Numbered from the stretch's first letter, positions 1 to 10,065 are shown. The stretch: 43,591 nucleotides of DNA from Octopus bimaculoides (GCF_001194135.2 NC_068995.1:41488748-41532338), one strand, 5' to 3'. Numbers and translations: made by a program. Notes: a model not told the origin generated them from the sequence alone.

Positions 1-1
1 A

Positions 2-66
<65 letters not shown>
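1..66. repeat. (CA)n(TA)n microsatellite
   Basis: Directly visible dinucleotide runs. Confidence 0.97.
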
Positions 67-67
<1 letters not shown>

Positions 68-69
68 GG

Positions 70-245
70 TTCAAAAAAGGAAAAAGACAAGAAAACAACA
101 ACAAAAAGCAACGTGAGGACGTGATACAGATTGTGTTACTAGACGCTCGGGAAAGGAAAGAGAGAATATGACGTTTCGAGCGGAGCTCTTCGTCGGAAAC
201 AAGGTAAGTCCAAAGAAGGGAAAACGGAGGAAGAAATAATTGCCA
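70..245 (-). mobile_element. Probable Penelope-like-element (PLE)-derived fragment with a degenerate minimal hammerhead motif
   Basis: Minus strand of 170-196 reads CCGACGA-A-GAGC-TCC-GCTC-GAAA-CG-TC. This matches the CTGANGA-N-stem-GAAAC(palindrome)TC layout known from PLE ends. The fragment ends in (TA)n. Family assignment is inference. Confidence 0.4.
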
Positions 246-364
246 CCGATGTCCACGAGGTTATATGAATATATGCATATATACATACATATATGTACAT
301 ACCTACATATATATGTATATATAAATGCATATATGGGTACAAGACATGAAAAAAAAAACCTAGA

Positions 365-462
365 CAATGAGAAACGAGACATGCAACATAAAGAACATGT
401 CCTTCATCAGTTGTCTCCTGTTTCATCTACTCCGCGTTTCGAAGGTAAGGACAATACGCGAT
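365..462 (-). mobile_element. Repeat fragment with hammerhead-like core words in permuted order (GAAAC ... CTGATGA)
   Basis: Minus strand reads CCTTC-GAAAC-GCGGA-GTA...ACAA-CTGATGA-A-GGACATG-(12 nt)-CATGTCT. Helices are incomplete. Confidence 0.3.
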
Positions 463-484
463 ATACATACATCCACACATACAT

Positions 485-572
485 GGCGTGGCTGTGTGGT
501 AAGAAACTTGCTTCCCGACCACATGGTTCCGGGTTCAATCTCACTGCGTGACATCTTGGGCAAATGTTTCTA
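485..572 (+). mobile_element. tRNA-derived SINE head (family A), cut at a TA by the mariner insertion
   Basis: A-box TGGCTGTGTGG (489-499), B-box GGTTCAATC (532-540), then CTTGGGCAA. Matches copies at 1685-1843(-), 28137-28282(+) and 30670-30835(-), and stops at the TA (571-572) of the GTCTTC-TA-CTATAG seen in those copies. Confidence 0.85.
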
Positions 573-1421
573 TTGGGTTGGCAACGAAGTTCCCGCCGTT
601 TTTTTTTTTAATTTTGGAATTTCTTGCGTTTTTAAATTTTGGAATCTATTTTTTTCGAGAATTCTATTTTTGAATCATTTTGGCATCTTTTTTTTTTCTA
701 GTTAATTTTAGTTAATTTTTGTTTATTTTCAAATCATTAAAACGAGTATTTTTGAGACCTCCTTCTTTTAGCTTTTAATCAATGTTCTAAGACCGCAAAA
801 GCTGCTCACGACATTTGTGCTGTGTATGGAGAGGGTTCCATTGCTGAAAGAACCGTTCGTGATTGGTATGCCAAGTTCAAAAATGGAAACTTTGACCACA
901 AAGACGCACCTCGTTCTAGTAGTCCAGTTGGGTTCGATAAACAGCGATTAAACCAACTTTTGCACGAAAATTCTCGTCAAACGACAAGGGAAATGGCAGA
1001 GAAAATGGAATGCTCCCACACTACTATAGAGAAGCATCTTCACTCGATGAGAAAGGTTCAGAAGTTTGGAACATGGGTTCCGCATGCTCTAGTGACAACA
1101 ACAAAAATCAACGAGCTACAATCTCTGCTGGTTTGCTTGCTCGTCACCGCTCAACTCATGGACACAAGCAACAATTTCTTTACTGAATTGTTGCTGGCAA
1201 CGAAAGATGGTACCTGTACATCAATATGAAGCACCGTAAGGAATGGCTTAGCCCTGGTAAATAAGCGACACCTCGCGTGAAGCAAGATCTTCATCCGCGT
1301 AAAACGATGTTGTGAGTATGGTGGGACTGGGAAGGGATTATCCATTACGAATTGCTTGAACAGAACCAAACAGTCAACGCAGAACTCTATGTTCAACAGA
1401 TGGAACGACTCAACATGGCTA
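573..1421 (+). mobile_element. Tc1/mariner DNA transposon, 5' ~850 bp, 3'-truncated
   Basis: TA followed by a mariner-type left TIR (TTGGGTTGGCAACGAAGT), then a decayed transposase ORF. No right TIR is seen. Confidence 0.93.
735..1421 (+). pseudogene. Mariner transposase pseudogene (HTH domain and first half of the DD34D domain)
   Basis: Translation gives CAVYGEGSIAERTVRDWYAKFKNG..TTREMAEKMECSHTTIEKHL..WVPHAL, then after a 1-nt frameshift (~1091) IVAGNERW (the TGDEKW motif, catalytic D to N) and HPRKTML*VWWDWEGIIHYELL..ELYVQQMERL. Stops at 753, 1184, 1262 and 1313. Confidence 0.92.
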
Positions 1422-1843
1422 TTCTATCGGTCTCTTTTGCANNNNNNNNNNNNNNNNNNNNNNNNNNNNNNNNNNNNNNNNNNNNNNNNNNNNNNNNNNN
1501 NNNNNNNNNNNNNNNNNNNNNNNNNNNNNNNNNNNNNNNNNNNNNNNNNNNNNNNNNNNNNNNNNNNNNNNNNNNNNNNNNNNNNNNNNNNNNNNNNNNN
1601 NNNNNNNNNNNNNNNNNNNNNNNNNNNNNNNNNNNNNNNNNNNNNNNNNNNNNNNNNNNNNNNNNTATATATATACATATATATGACGGGCTTCTTTCAG
1701 TTTCTGTCTACCAAATCCACTCACAAAACTTTGGTCGGCCCGAGGCTATAGTAGAAGACACTTGCCCAAGGTGCCACGCAGTGGGACTGAACCCGGAACC
1801 ATGTGGTTGGTAAGCGAGCTACTTACCACACAGCCACTTCTGC
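1420..1843 (-). mobile_element. Bipartite SINE (A head + internal microsatellite/gap + D module), 3'-truncated against the mariner
   Basis: A head at 1685-1843 (minus). D-module sequence TATTCTATCGGTCTCTTTTGC at 1420-1440 lies on the other side of gap 1442-1665. Confidence 0.82.
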
Positions 1844-1855
1844 AATATATATATA

Positions 1856-2074
1856 TTGGTTTCAAATTTTGGCACAAGTCCAGCAATTTCGGAGAATGGT
1901 GGGTAAGCCGATTACAGCGACCCCAGTGCTCAACTGATACTTATTTTAACAAGTCCAAAAGGATGAAAGGCAAAGTCAGCCTTGGCGGAATTTGAACTCA
2001 GAACGTAAAGTTGAAGGGAATACCGCTAAGCATTTTTCCTGGCCTGCTAACGATTTTGCCTGCTCGTCGCCTTA
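1856..2074 (-). mobile_element. tRNA-derived SINE family B, near full length
   Basis: Minus strand: AAGGCGACGAGCAGGCAAAATCGTTAGC head, B-box GAGTTCAAATTCC, central GCCTTTCATCCTTT, tail GCTGGACTTGTGCCAAAATTTGAAACCA. About 10 homologous copies in the window. Confidence 0.85.
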
Positions 2075-2115
2075 GCATGCATGTATATATTGATGTATAT
2101 TTTTAGACACTGGAT

Positions 2116-2240
2116 CTTGTTGTTTAGCTCTAGATGACACCTGATCGAGCAGACAGGCTTTTGATCAAAGTCATTCCGTGACCAAATCCGTCTTTTCTTT
2201 CAGCCATGTTGCTGCTATATCTAATGTGTTCGTTCTCAAA
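2116..2240 (-). mobile_element. Interspersed repeat family C (SINE-like, (AAC)n tail), 3' part
   Basis: TTGTTGTTTAGC..CTGATCGAGCAGAC..TGATCAAAG matches 15165-15365 and 27945-28070, and the reverse complement of 41075-41250. Confidence 0.55.
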
Positions 2241-2246
2241 TAAAAC

Positions 2247-2350
2247 TAATAGAGGATTTGAGGGCGATTTGAAATCTTCTCATAGAGGATTTGAAATCCT
2301 CTAATAGAAGATTTGAAATTCTCTAATAGAGGATTTGAGGGCGATTTAGC
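2247..2350. repeat. Short array of alternating direct and inverted AGAGGATTT / AAATCCTCT units
   Basis: AATAGAGGATTTGAGGGCGATTT occurs at both ends, with three GAAATCYTCT-type inverted units between them. Confidence 0.85.
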
Positions 2351-2460
2351 TGTCATTTATATTTTGCAGATCGAGTCACCATTTAGGTTACATTCACGTA
2401 GCATCTTTAACGAACTTTGGACATTAATTAGATGGGATGAATATCTTTTAATATCTTCAA

Positions 2461-2848
2461 CTTATTTCAGTAATTGGATTGCGGCCATGCTGGGGCACCA
2501 CCTTGTAGGGTTTTAGTTGAACAAATCGACGACCACTACTGATTTTTTAAAGCCTGGTACTTATTCTATCGGTCACTGTTTGGCTAAGTACTCAGTTATG
2601 GGGACTTAAACAAACCAACACTGGTTGTCAAGCGGTGGGAAGGAGGGATACACAAACATAAAGACATAGACGTGTGTGTGTGTGTGTGTACGATGGGCTT
2701 TCACGAAGCTTTTACCAAATTCACTCACAAGGCATTGGCCAACTCGGCTCTATAGAAGAAGACACTTACCCAAAGTACCGCGCAGTGAGATCGAACCCCA
2801 ATCCACGTGGTTGCAAAGCGAGCATCTAAACCACACAGCTATGAGTGC
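2461..2848 (-). mobile_element. Older full-length bipartite SINE (A + short (CA)n + D)
   Basis: D module at 2461-2640, a short (GT)n at ~2672-2690 and the A head at ~2690-2848, all colinear and ungapped. Confidence 0.8.
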
Positions 2849-3021
2849 GAAGACAAAATTCTTAAAAAAGTGTAACGGAGGGGAAATTATGTTACTGCTG
2901 TTGTTGCTGTTTCGATCCAAGCTAAAAATTATTGACCAGTTGTATGATCAAAGCCGTTCCAGCCGTAGCCATGCCGTCTTAATTTGTTCACTCAGGATTA
3001 AATTATTTAAAGTAACTTTTA

Positions 3022-3247
3022 AAGGCGGCTAGCTTGCAGAATCGTTTGCACACCGAACAAAACGCCTAGCGGTATTTCATCCGTTTTTAAATGCTGAGTT
3101 CAAATTCCACCGAGATCGATTTTGCCTTTCATCCTTTCGGGGTCGATAAAACAAAGCACCAGTTGAACACAGGGGTCGTGTAGATCGACTGGTCCCCTCG
3201 TACGAAATTTCGTGCCGTGTGCCTTCAGTAGAAAGAATTATTATTAT
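3022..3247 (+). mobile_element. SINE family B (AGTAGAAAG(AATT) tail variant)
   Basis: AAGGCGGCTAGCTTGCAGAATCG head, GAGTTCAAATTCC B-box, GCCTTTCATCCTTTCGGGGTCGATAAA central segment. Confidence 0.85.
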
Positions 3248-3254
3248 CAACATT

Positions 3255-3390
3255 AAGGCGGCAAGATGGCCGAATTGTTGGTGCGCCGAGCAAAATACCT
3301 AGCAACATTTTATCCGTCTTTATGTGCCAAGTTCAAATTCCGCCGGGGTCGACTTTACCTTTCATCCTTTGTGGGTCGATGTAATGGACG
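3255..3390 (+). mobile_element. SINE family B with internal deletion
   Basis: Head and B-box are present. The sequence jumps from the first to the second GGGTCGAT of the family layout. Confidence 0.75.
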
Positions 3391-4102
3391 TCCAATTCAA
3401 AGGATTCAAAGTGACCCTTTTTCTTTTCAAGGTGAAGGCTTGGTATTTTCAAGTCACTTTGTCTTTTCGTAGTTGTGTTTTTTGTTGAGCCCTACGTCAG
3501 ACATGATCCTGTAAGATGTACGATCTCAGACGTTCCAACCGTGACTAGCTCACTGATTTTTATTTTTATGTCTCAATAACTACATTGCTCAATGTATCAA
3601 GCGCGCCGGGGAGAGTGAGTGGTGGCGGGGAGTGGGAGAGGTGGAATAGCAGAGAATGGTATTGGTGGAAAGGATGGAATGAAAGAGAGTGATATGGTAG
3701 TGGTGGTGATGGTGGTGGGAAGATGGATAGGCGGATGGTGGGGTGAAGAACAGTGACGTGAGGGGGGGGGGAGAGATGTGGAAAGCCTTGAGGTGATGAG
3801 ATTGGTGTCAGAGGTAGTAGCTTGGATTGTGATGGTGGTGGTGGTGGTGNNNNNNNNNNNNNNNNNNNNNNNNNNNNNNNNNNNNNNNNNNNNNNNNNNN
3901 NNNNNNNNNNNNNNNNNNNNNNNNNNNNNNNNNNNNNNNNNNNNNNNNNNNNNNNNNNNNNNNNNNNNNNNNNNNNNNNNNNNNNNNNNNNNNNNNNNNN
4001 NNNNNNNNNNNNNNNNNNNNNNNNNNNNNNNNNNNNNNNNNNNNNNNNNNNNNNNNNNNNNNNNNNNNNNNNNNNNNNNNNNNNNNNNNNNNNNNNNNNN
4101 NN

Positions 4103-4160
<58 letters not shown>
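4103..4160. repeat. (GT)n microsatellite
   Basis: Directly visible. Confidence 0.97.
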
Positions 4161-4171
<11 letters not shown>

Positions 4172-4290
4172 GATGTGTTGAAATACATTAACCCATTCAT
4201 TGTAAACTGACGTTAAGTGCAAAAGGATTAGCGTTCAATACACAGCATTACTGACAGCAGCAGCAGCTGCAGCAGCAACGACAGGCACTT

Positions 4291-4835
4291 GAAGAAGAAG
4301 AAGAAGAAGGAGGAGGAGGAGAAGGAGGAGGAGAAGAAGAAGAAGAAGAAGAAAAAGAAGAAGAAGGAGGTGGAGGAGAAGGAGGAGGAGAAGAAGAAGA
4401 AGAAGAAGAAGAAGAAGAAGAAGAAGAAGAAGAAGAAGAAGAAGAAATAATAACTNNNNNNNNNNNNNNNNNNNNNNNNNNNNNNNNNNNNNNNNNNNNN
4501 NNNNNNNNNNNNNNNNNNNNNNNNNNNNNNNNNNNNNNNNNNNNNNNNNNNNNNNNNNNNNNNNNNNNNNNNNNNNNNNNNNNNNNNNNNNNNNNNNNNN
4601 NNNNNNNNNNNNNNNNNNNNNNNNNNNNNNNNNNNNNNNNNNNNNNNNNNNNNNNNNNNNNNNNNNNNNNNNNNNNNNNNNNNNNNNNNNNNNNNNNNNN
4701 NNNNNNNNNNNNNNNNNNNNNNNNNNNNNNNNNNNNNNNNNNNNNNNNNNNNNNNNNNNNNNAGGAGGAGGAGGAGAAGAAGAAGAAGAAGAAGAAGAAG
4801 AAGAAGAAGAAGAAGAAGAAGAAGAAGAAGAAATA
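4291..4835. repeat. (GAA/GGA)n polypurine tract spanning gap 4456-4762
   Basis: Directly visible on both sides of the gap. Confidence 0.95.
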
Positions 4836-4966
4836 ATAACTATAGCCACAGCTACGGCAATATTCCTTTTCCACGTTTATCTATTAATATAAACTCAACG
4901 GATTCTGTGGAATTCCTAATGTTTATTCAATATGAGGAGCATTTCTACTCTATGGTGACATCAGAT

Positions 4967-5280
4967 GGGAGCACTCCGTCGGTTACGACGACGAGGGTCC
5001 CAGCTGATACAATGAACGGAACAGGTTGCTCGTGAAATTAATGTGCAAATGGATGGCGACCCACAAACACGTATACTCTTAACGTAGTTCTCAGGGAGAT
5101 TCAGCGTGACAAGGCCGGCCCTTTGAAATACAGGTATTACTTATTTTTGCCAGCTGAGTGAACTGGAGGAATGTGAAATAAAGTGTCTTGTTCAAGGACA
5201 CAACGCGTCGCCGGGAATTGAACTCACGACCTTACAATCGCGAGCCGAATGCCCTGACCACTAAGCCCCGCGCCTTCACA
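4967..5280 (-). mobile_element. Full-length tRNA-derived SINE family E with 11-bp TSD
   Basis: Minus-strand head GTGAAGGCGCGGGGCTTAGTGG, B-box GAGTTCAATTCCC, then GTGTCCTTGAACAAGACACTT. TGACATCAGAT is duplicated at 4956-4966 and 5281-5291. The 3' half is homologous to 22215-22420(+). Confidence 0.92.
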
Positions 5281-5339
5281 TGACATCAGATAGCCAATGA
5301 CTGTAGACGAGCTTTGCCTATTCTATAACTTTTTTTTAC

Positions 5340-5602
5340 TGGAATCATATTTAACTATATATGTATACATACATACTCACATGTGTGTGTATATATATAC
5401 AAACGTATGCATATATACGCTCACACACAATATAGATACACATACACTCACACATGCATGTTCATACACCTAAACGCGTAGAGACTCATACCTATGTATT
5501 CACACACACACACACACACACACATACACATACACACACACACACACAATCACACACACATACACAAACACACACCCACCCACGCACAATCACACACATA
5601 CA

Positions 5603-5665
<63 letters not shown>

Positions 5666-6085
5666 ACACACACACACACACAATCACACACACACACACA
5701 AACACACACACACCCATGCACGCACGCATACACACAGAGAAAGAGAGAGACAAAGAGGTGAATCGTAATAATAGGTAGGCTCTTTTCTTCCCTACCCATG
5801 TAACTAGAATAACACAAACACACACACACACATACGCTTGCGCACGCGCACGCTCACAAAACAAACAAACAAACAAACCAAACATGGCCTACCTGTTCTG
5901 ATTCTATCGATCACGTCTTGAAAATTCGATATATCGATCACTGTACAACATAAACCTTGTATTATTGAATGTCGCCTGTGTCCTGTATGTTTTATTCACA
6001 ATAATATATTACACACGCTCACACACACACACACACATGCACGCACATGCGCACGCACACACACACACACACACACACACAAACA
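5340..6085. repeat. (CA)n-rich compound microsatellite region
   Basis: Directly visible; source of the HTHT/CVCV ORFs. Confidence 0.93.
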
Positions 6086-6128
6086 AACATCTTCATATAA
6101 ATACACATTCACATACGTACGAACGTAT

Positions 6129-6200
6129 ATGGCCGAACGGTTAAGAAATCAGTTTCATAAGCACGTGACCATGTAGTCGATTCTATAGCGCGGTATCTTG
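6129..6200 (+). mobile_element. Highly diverged family A-like SINE head
   Basis: TGGCCGAACGGTTAAGAA...GTCGATTC...GCGGTATCTTG is colinear with the A head. Confidence 0.4.
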
Positions 6201-6459
6201 AATTGTTATTTTTTATAACCTTATATCGCCCCATACTACTACTACTACTACTACTACTATTACTATTACTACTACTGCTGCTGCTGCTGCTGACGCAAGT
6301 AAAATTAATAATAGAGAAACGAAAATAAAACTTTGGAAACAACCATGCCGTCATACCTTACGTGGAAACTATGAGCGTGCTTTCAAGGGAGATAATCAGA
6401 GAAAGACTTGAAAGTGAACGTAAGATCGTAATACTTCATGTAAAGTAAAATAAATATAA

Positions 6460-6657
6460 CAAATAATCCAGAATCCTTGTCCAGTACCGTATCGATCCCA
6501 AAGTCTAATCAGTTCGTGCCAGTCACGAGGCCAGACATCCCTGAAAGTTTCATTCGAATCCATCAAGGGGTTCTTGAGATATCTTGTCCAAGGACAAACA
6601 AACAAACAAACAAACAAACACGGTTGAAAACAGTATCTCCACCTTCGCTGAGGCGGA

Positions 6658-6662
<5 letters not shown>
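6460..6662 (-). mobile_element. Non-autonomous Helentron/DINE-1-like (HINE) element
   Basis: Minus strand starts TTATTACCTCCGCC with a terminal hairpin (6635-6660), then a (TTTG)n internal microsatellite, GATATCTCAAGAA..GATGGATT..ATGAAACTTT..GGAT core and GGATTCTGGAT end. This is the architecture I recognise for HINE-type elements (inference). Confidence 0.6.
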
Positions 6663-6713
<51 letters not shown>

Positions 6714-6717
6714 TAAT
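6661..6717. repeat. (AAT)n microsatellite abutting the HINE-like terminus
   Basis: Directly visible. Confidence 0.97.
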
Positions 6718-7065
6718 GATAACGTTTGAGGCATGTAAGCACTAAGGCATTTACATGTATGTACACACACACATCTATATACAAATATACCTATACACAT
6801 ACACCCACAGACATATGTATGTATATGTATGTATAGATCAGTTTTAGAAATGAACAATGAACACAAAGAATGTGATAGAGTTGGAAGAACAATAGAAAAT
6901 ATTTATAAAGCTGAAAAGGTTGAGTTAGGTTTACAATAACCGTAGTTTCATCTTTCAAATTATCAAATTGCAATGAGAAACGAAATATTGCATATGTAAT
7001 GTTAGGAAAGAGTAGCGGTAGAAGGAGAGAGTGGGCGAGCGAGTGAGAAAGAAAGAGGGTGAGAT

Positions 7066-7067
<2 letters not shown>

Positions 7068-7128
<61 letters not shown>
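7068..7128. repeat. (GA)n microsatellite
   Basis: Directly visible. Confidence 0.97.
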
Positions 7129-7131
<3 letters not shown>

Positions 7132-7399
7132 GTGGTGAGAGAAGACAGGGAGAAGGAAGATGTGTGATGGAGAAGAAGAAATAACGAACAGGATTAGGAG
7201 TGGTGTTTATAAACAGGGAATTAGATAGGTCGATCAGAATAGGCGAATATAAAATATGGAGAGTAACTTGATATGTTTAAATATTTAAAAAGCAGTGGAG
7301 ATGAAAGGTAAAGCATGATGTACGTTTCATGAAATAACTCGTTGGCATAATGCTAATATTCGAGAAAGTGGGAAAGGTTTATCTTATAGAAAAGAATTA

Positions 7400-7904
7400 A
7401 CCCTCATTGACTGAGTTCTACTGTTAGACAGGAATAAACCTTGGTCTATTCTGCAAGATCATCTCAAGCAGATTGGGAAAATATATAGAGAAGAGCAGTG
7501 GGCACCTCATCCTGTAACATGAGAATGCACAGCCACATTCAGCGAAAAATAAACCAAAGATAAATTCATTAGCCCGAGAAGTTCCATCTCACCCTTCCTT
7601 CTCACCGGGTCTAGAACTAACAGATATTTACTTATTCAAGTTGCTTGAACACTTTGCAATTGGAAAGACATTCAGAAGCAGGGGTGATGGAGAAACGGCA
7701 ATCCAAGCATTTTTCTCTTCGAAAGAATCTGATTTATTATTTTTTTTTTTTTGCTGAGGAATCAGAAAATTGGTTTCGAGGTGAGAAAATGTTATTGCTA
7801 AAGACGGTGATAATATTTTGAATGAATAAATACGTTTATGAAGTGTTTTATGCTGATTTGAACTCATTACATGAAATGCAACATTACTTTTCGGTACCCT
7901 TAAT
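7400..7904 (+). pseudogene. Old mariner transposase C-terminal relic plus degraded right TIR
   Basis: Frame from 7506 gives LIL*HENAQPHSAK (LLHDNARPH), HPSFSPGLELTDIYLFKLLEHFAIGKTF (HPPYSPDLAPSDYHLF) and GIRKLVSR*ENVIAKDGDN. TIR-like AAATGCAACATTACTTTTCGGTACCCTTAAT at ~7874-7904. Confidence 0.8.
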
Positions 7905-8254
7905 GTAACCTAAAAAACTACAATAGATGAGTGGGTTGTATGCATACGTGGTTGCTCACATTCGGTTAATAGGATCAGCGAACTCTGGTAAGTCAAATGC
8001 TACAATAAAAAAAAAAAAGAAATGTGTTTCTAAGGCAACAGAGAGTGACACAAGTGCTGTTGAGAGGAAATGGCGGAAGGAGTGAATATTTGCGATTAAA
8101 ATACAGATAAACAAAGTTTGTTTCAATATAAATATGTTACAAACATTATTTGTAGATCAAAGACAACTGAAAAGATAGGCTTAAGATAAAAGGAAGATTG
8201 TGTGGACATGGTATCCATTTTTATTAATGTATGTGTGAGTGTATTCTTATAAAT

Positions 8255-8284
8255 ATATGTATGTGTATTCACACACATATATAT

Positions 8285-8318
<34 letters not shown>

Positions 8319-9103
8319 ATATATATATATATATATTCACATATATATGTATATATGTATGTGTGTATATATATTATTCACATATATATATGTATATATG
8401 TATATACATATATACATATATGTATATGTATACATATATGTATATACATATATACGTATATATATGTATATATATATATACGTATATATACATATATATA
8501 CATATACATATACATATATGTATATACATATATGTATATATGTATACATATATGTATATATATATGTATGTATGTATGTATGTATGCGTGTATGTTCACA
8601 TTATAAAGTTGAACTAATGTCGATATAGACTTATATGTGTATNNNNNNNNNNNNNNNNNNNNNNNNNNNNNNNNNNNNNNNNNNNNNNNNNNNNNNNNNN
8701 NNNNNNNNNNNNNNNNNNNNNNNNNNNNNNNNNNNNNNNNNNNNNNNNNNNNNNNNNNNNNNNNNNNNNNNNNNNNNNNNNNNNNNNNNNNNNNNNNNNN
8801 NNNNNNNNNNNNNNNNNNNNNNNNNNNNNNNNNNNNNNNNNNNNNNNNNNNNNNNNNNNNNNNNNNNNNNNNNNNNNNNNNNNNNNNNNNNNNNNNNNNN
8901 NNNNNNNNNNNNNNNNNNNNNNNNNNNNNNNNNNNNNNNNNNNNNNNNNNNNNNNNNNNNNNNNNNNNNNNNNNNNNNNNNNNNNNNNNNNNNNNNNNNN
9001 NNNNNNNNNNNNNNNNNNNNNNNNNNNNNNNNNNNNNNNNNNNNNNNNNNNNNNNNNNNNNNNNNNNNNNNNNNNNNNNNNNNNNNNNNNNNNNNNNNNN
9101 NNN

Positions 9104-9154
<51 letters not shown>

Positions 9155-9225
9155 GTATATACATATATTTACATATGTATATACATTTACATATGTACGT
9201 ATATATATATATATATTCTTCCTTG
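8255..9225. repeat. (TA)n/(TACA)n-type degenerate microsatellite around gap 8643-9103
   Basis: Directly visible. Confidence 0.93.
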
Positions 9226-9693
9226 TCCCTCAAACACCTAATGGAGTCGTAAGTGTGTCGTGTCATGATGTGCATCAACCGTGACTCTCACACCCGTCTG
9301 GGTCTTTAATACTGCAATAAACCGAAGCAAAATCTTTTATATACGGATCCATAACTTCCCAAATCTAATGGATGCCACAGTATGTTATACAAATCTGAAG
9401 TCTGGTGCACAATTTCCTACGTCATATCAAAACACATCAACTCTCTTAACTAAAGGTTTTACTCTATTAATTTACAAAATAGTAATGGATAAAAGCCGGC
9501 AGTTTTCAAGATCGTTAAGACCCTCATTGGTTTTGAGTAAATTTTCATAAACTAAGAGAAGGCTTTCAGCAGCTTTTTTAAAGTATTTGATCGAAAACCG
9601 ATCAGAGTACGGGTTTAATAATCCCATTCAATACCAAAAGCGGTTGTATATGTATATGAGTTTAGATGTGCATACGCTTTTAGAGGTATATAT

Positions 9694-9784
9694 ACTCTTA
9701 CTCTTTACTCTTTTACTTGTTTCAGTCATTTGACTNNNNNNNNNNGTAAGCAAGCTACTTACCACACAGCCACTCCTGTGCCTA
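9694..9784 (-). mobile_element. Both termini of a bipartite A+D SINE with its interior collapsed into a 10-N gap
   Basis: D tail (ACTCTTTT)n-ACTTGTTTCAGTCATTTGACT at 9694-9735, N at 9736-9745, A head GTAAGCAAGCTACTTACCACACAGCCACTCCTGTGCC at 9746-9783. Confidence 0.85.
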
Positions 9785-10031
9785 TATATGTATATGTATG
9801 TGCGTATATAATATTCGTAGATTTCGTCTTGGAACTAGGCAGATGCTACAAATTTTAGCTCGTGCAGCGACAGTTATAAACCCGTTGTCGGTTAATTAAT
9901 CAACCAATCAATTAATTAAGCTTGATATCTACCTTTCAATCTCTACTTTTATCCAGCATGGTAGCTTTGCTCTACACTTTTCCTTCCATACCACTCACTC
10001 CCCCACACCTTCCTTCCATGCCCCTCTCTAC

Positions 10032-10065
<34 letters not shown>

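Noticed and set aside
4237-4292. CAG/GCA repeat encoding poly-Ala/Gln
   Set aside because: It is short, has no splice context and runs directly into a (GAA)n microsatellite.
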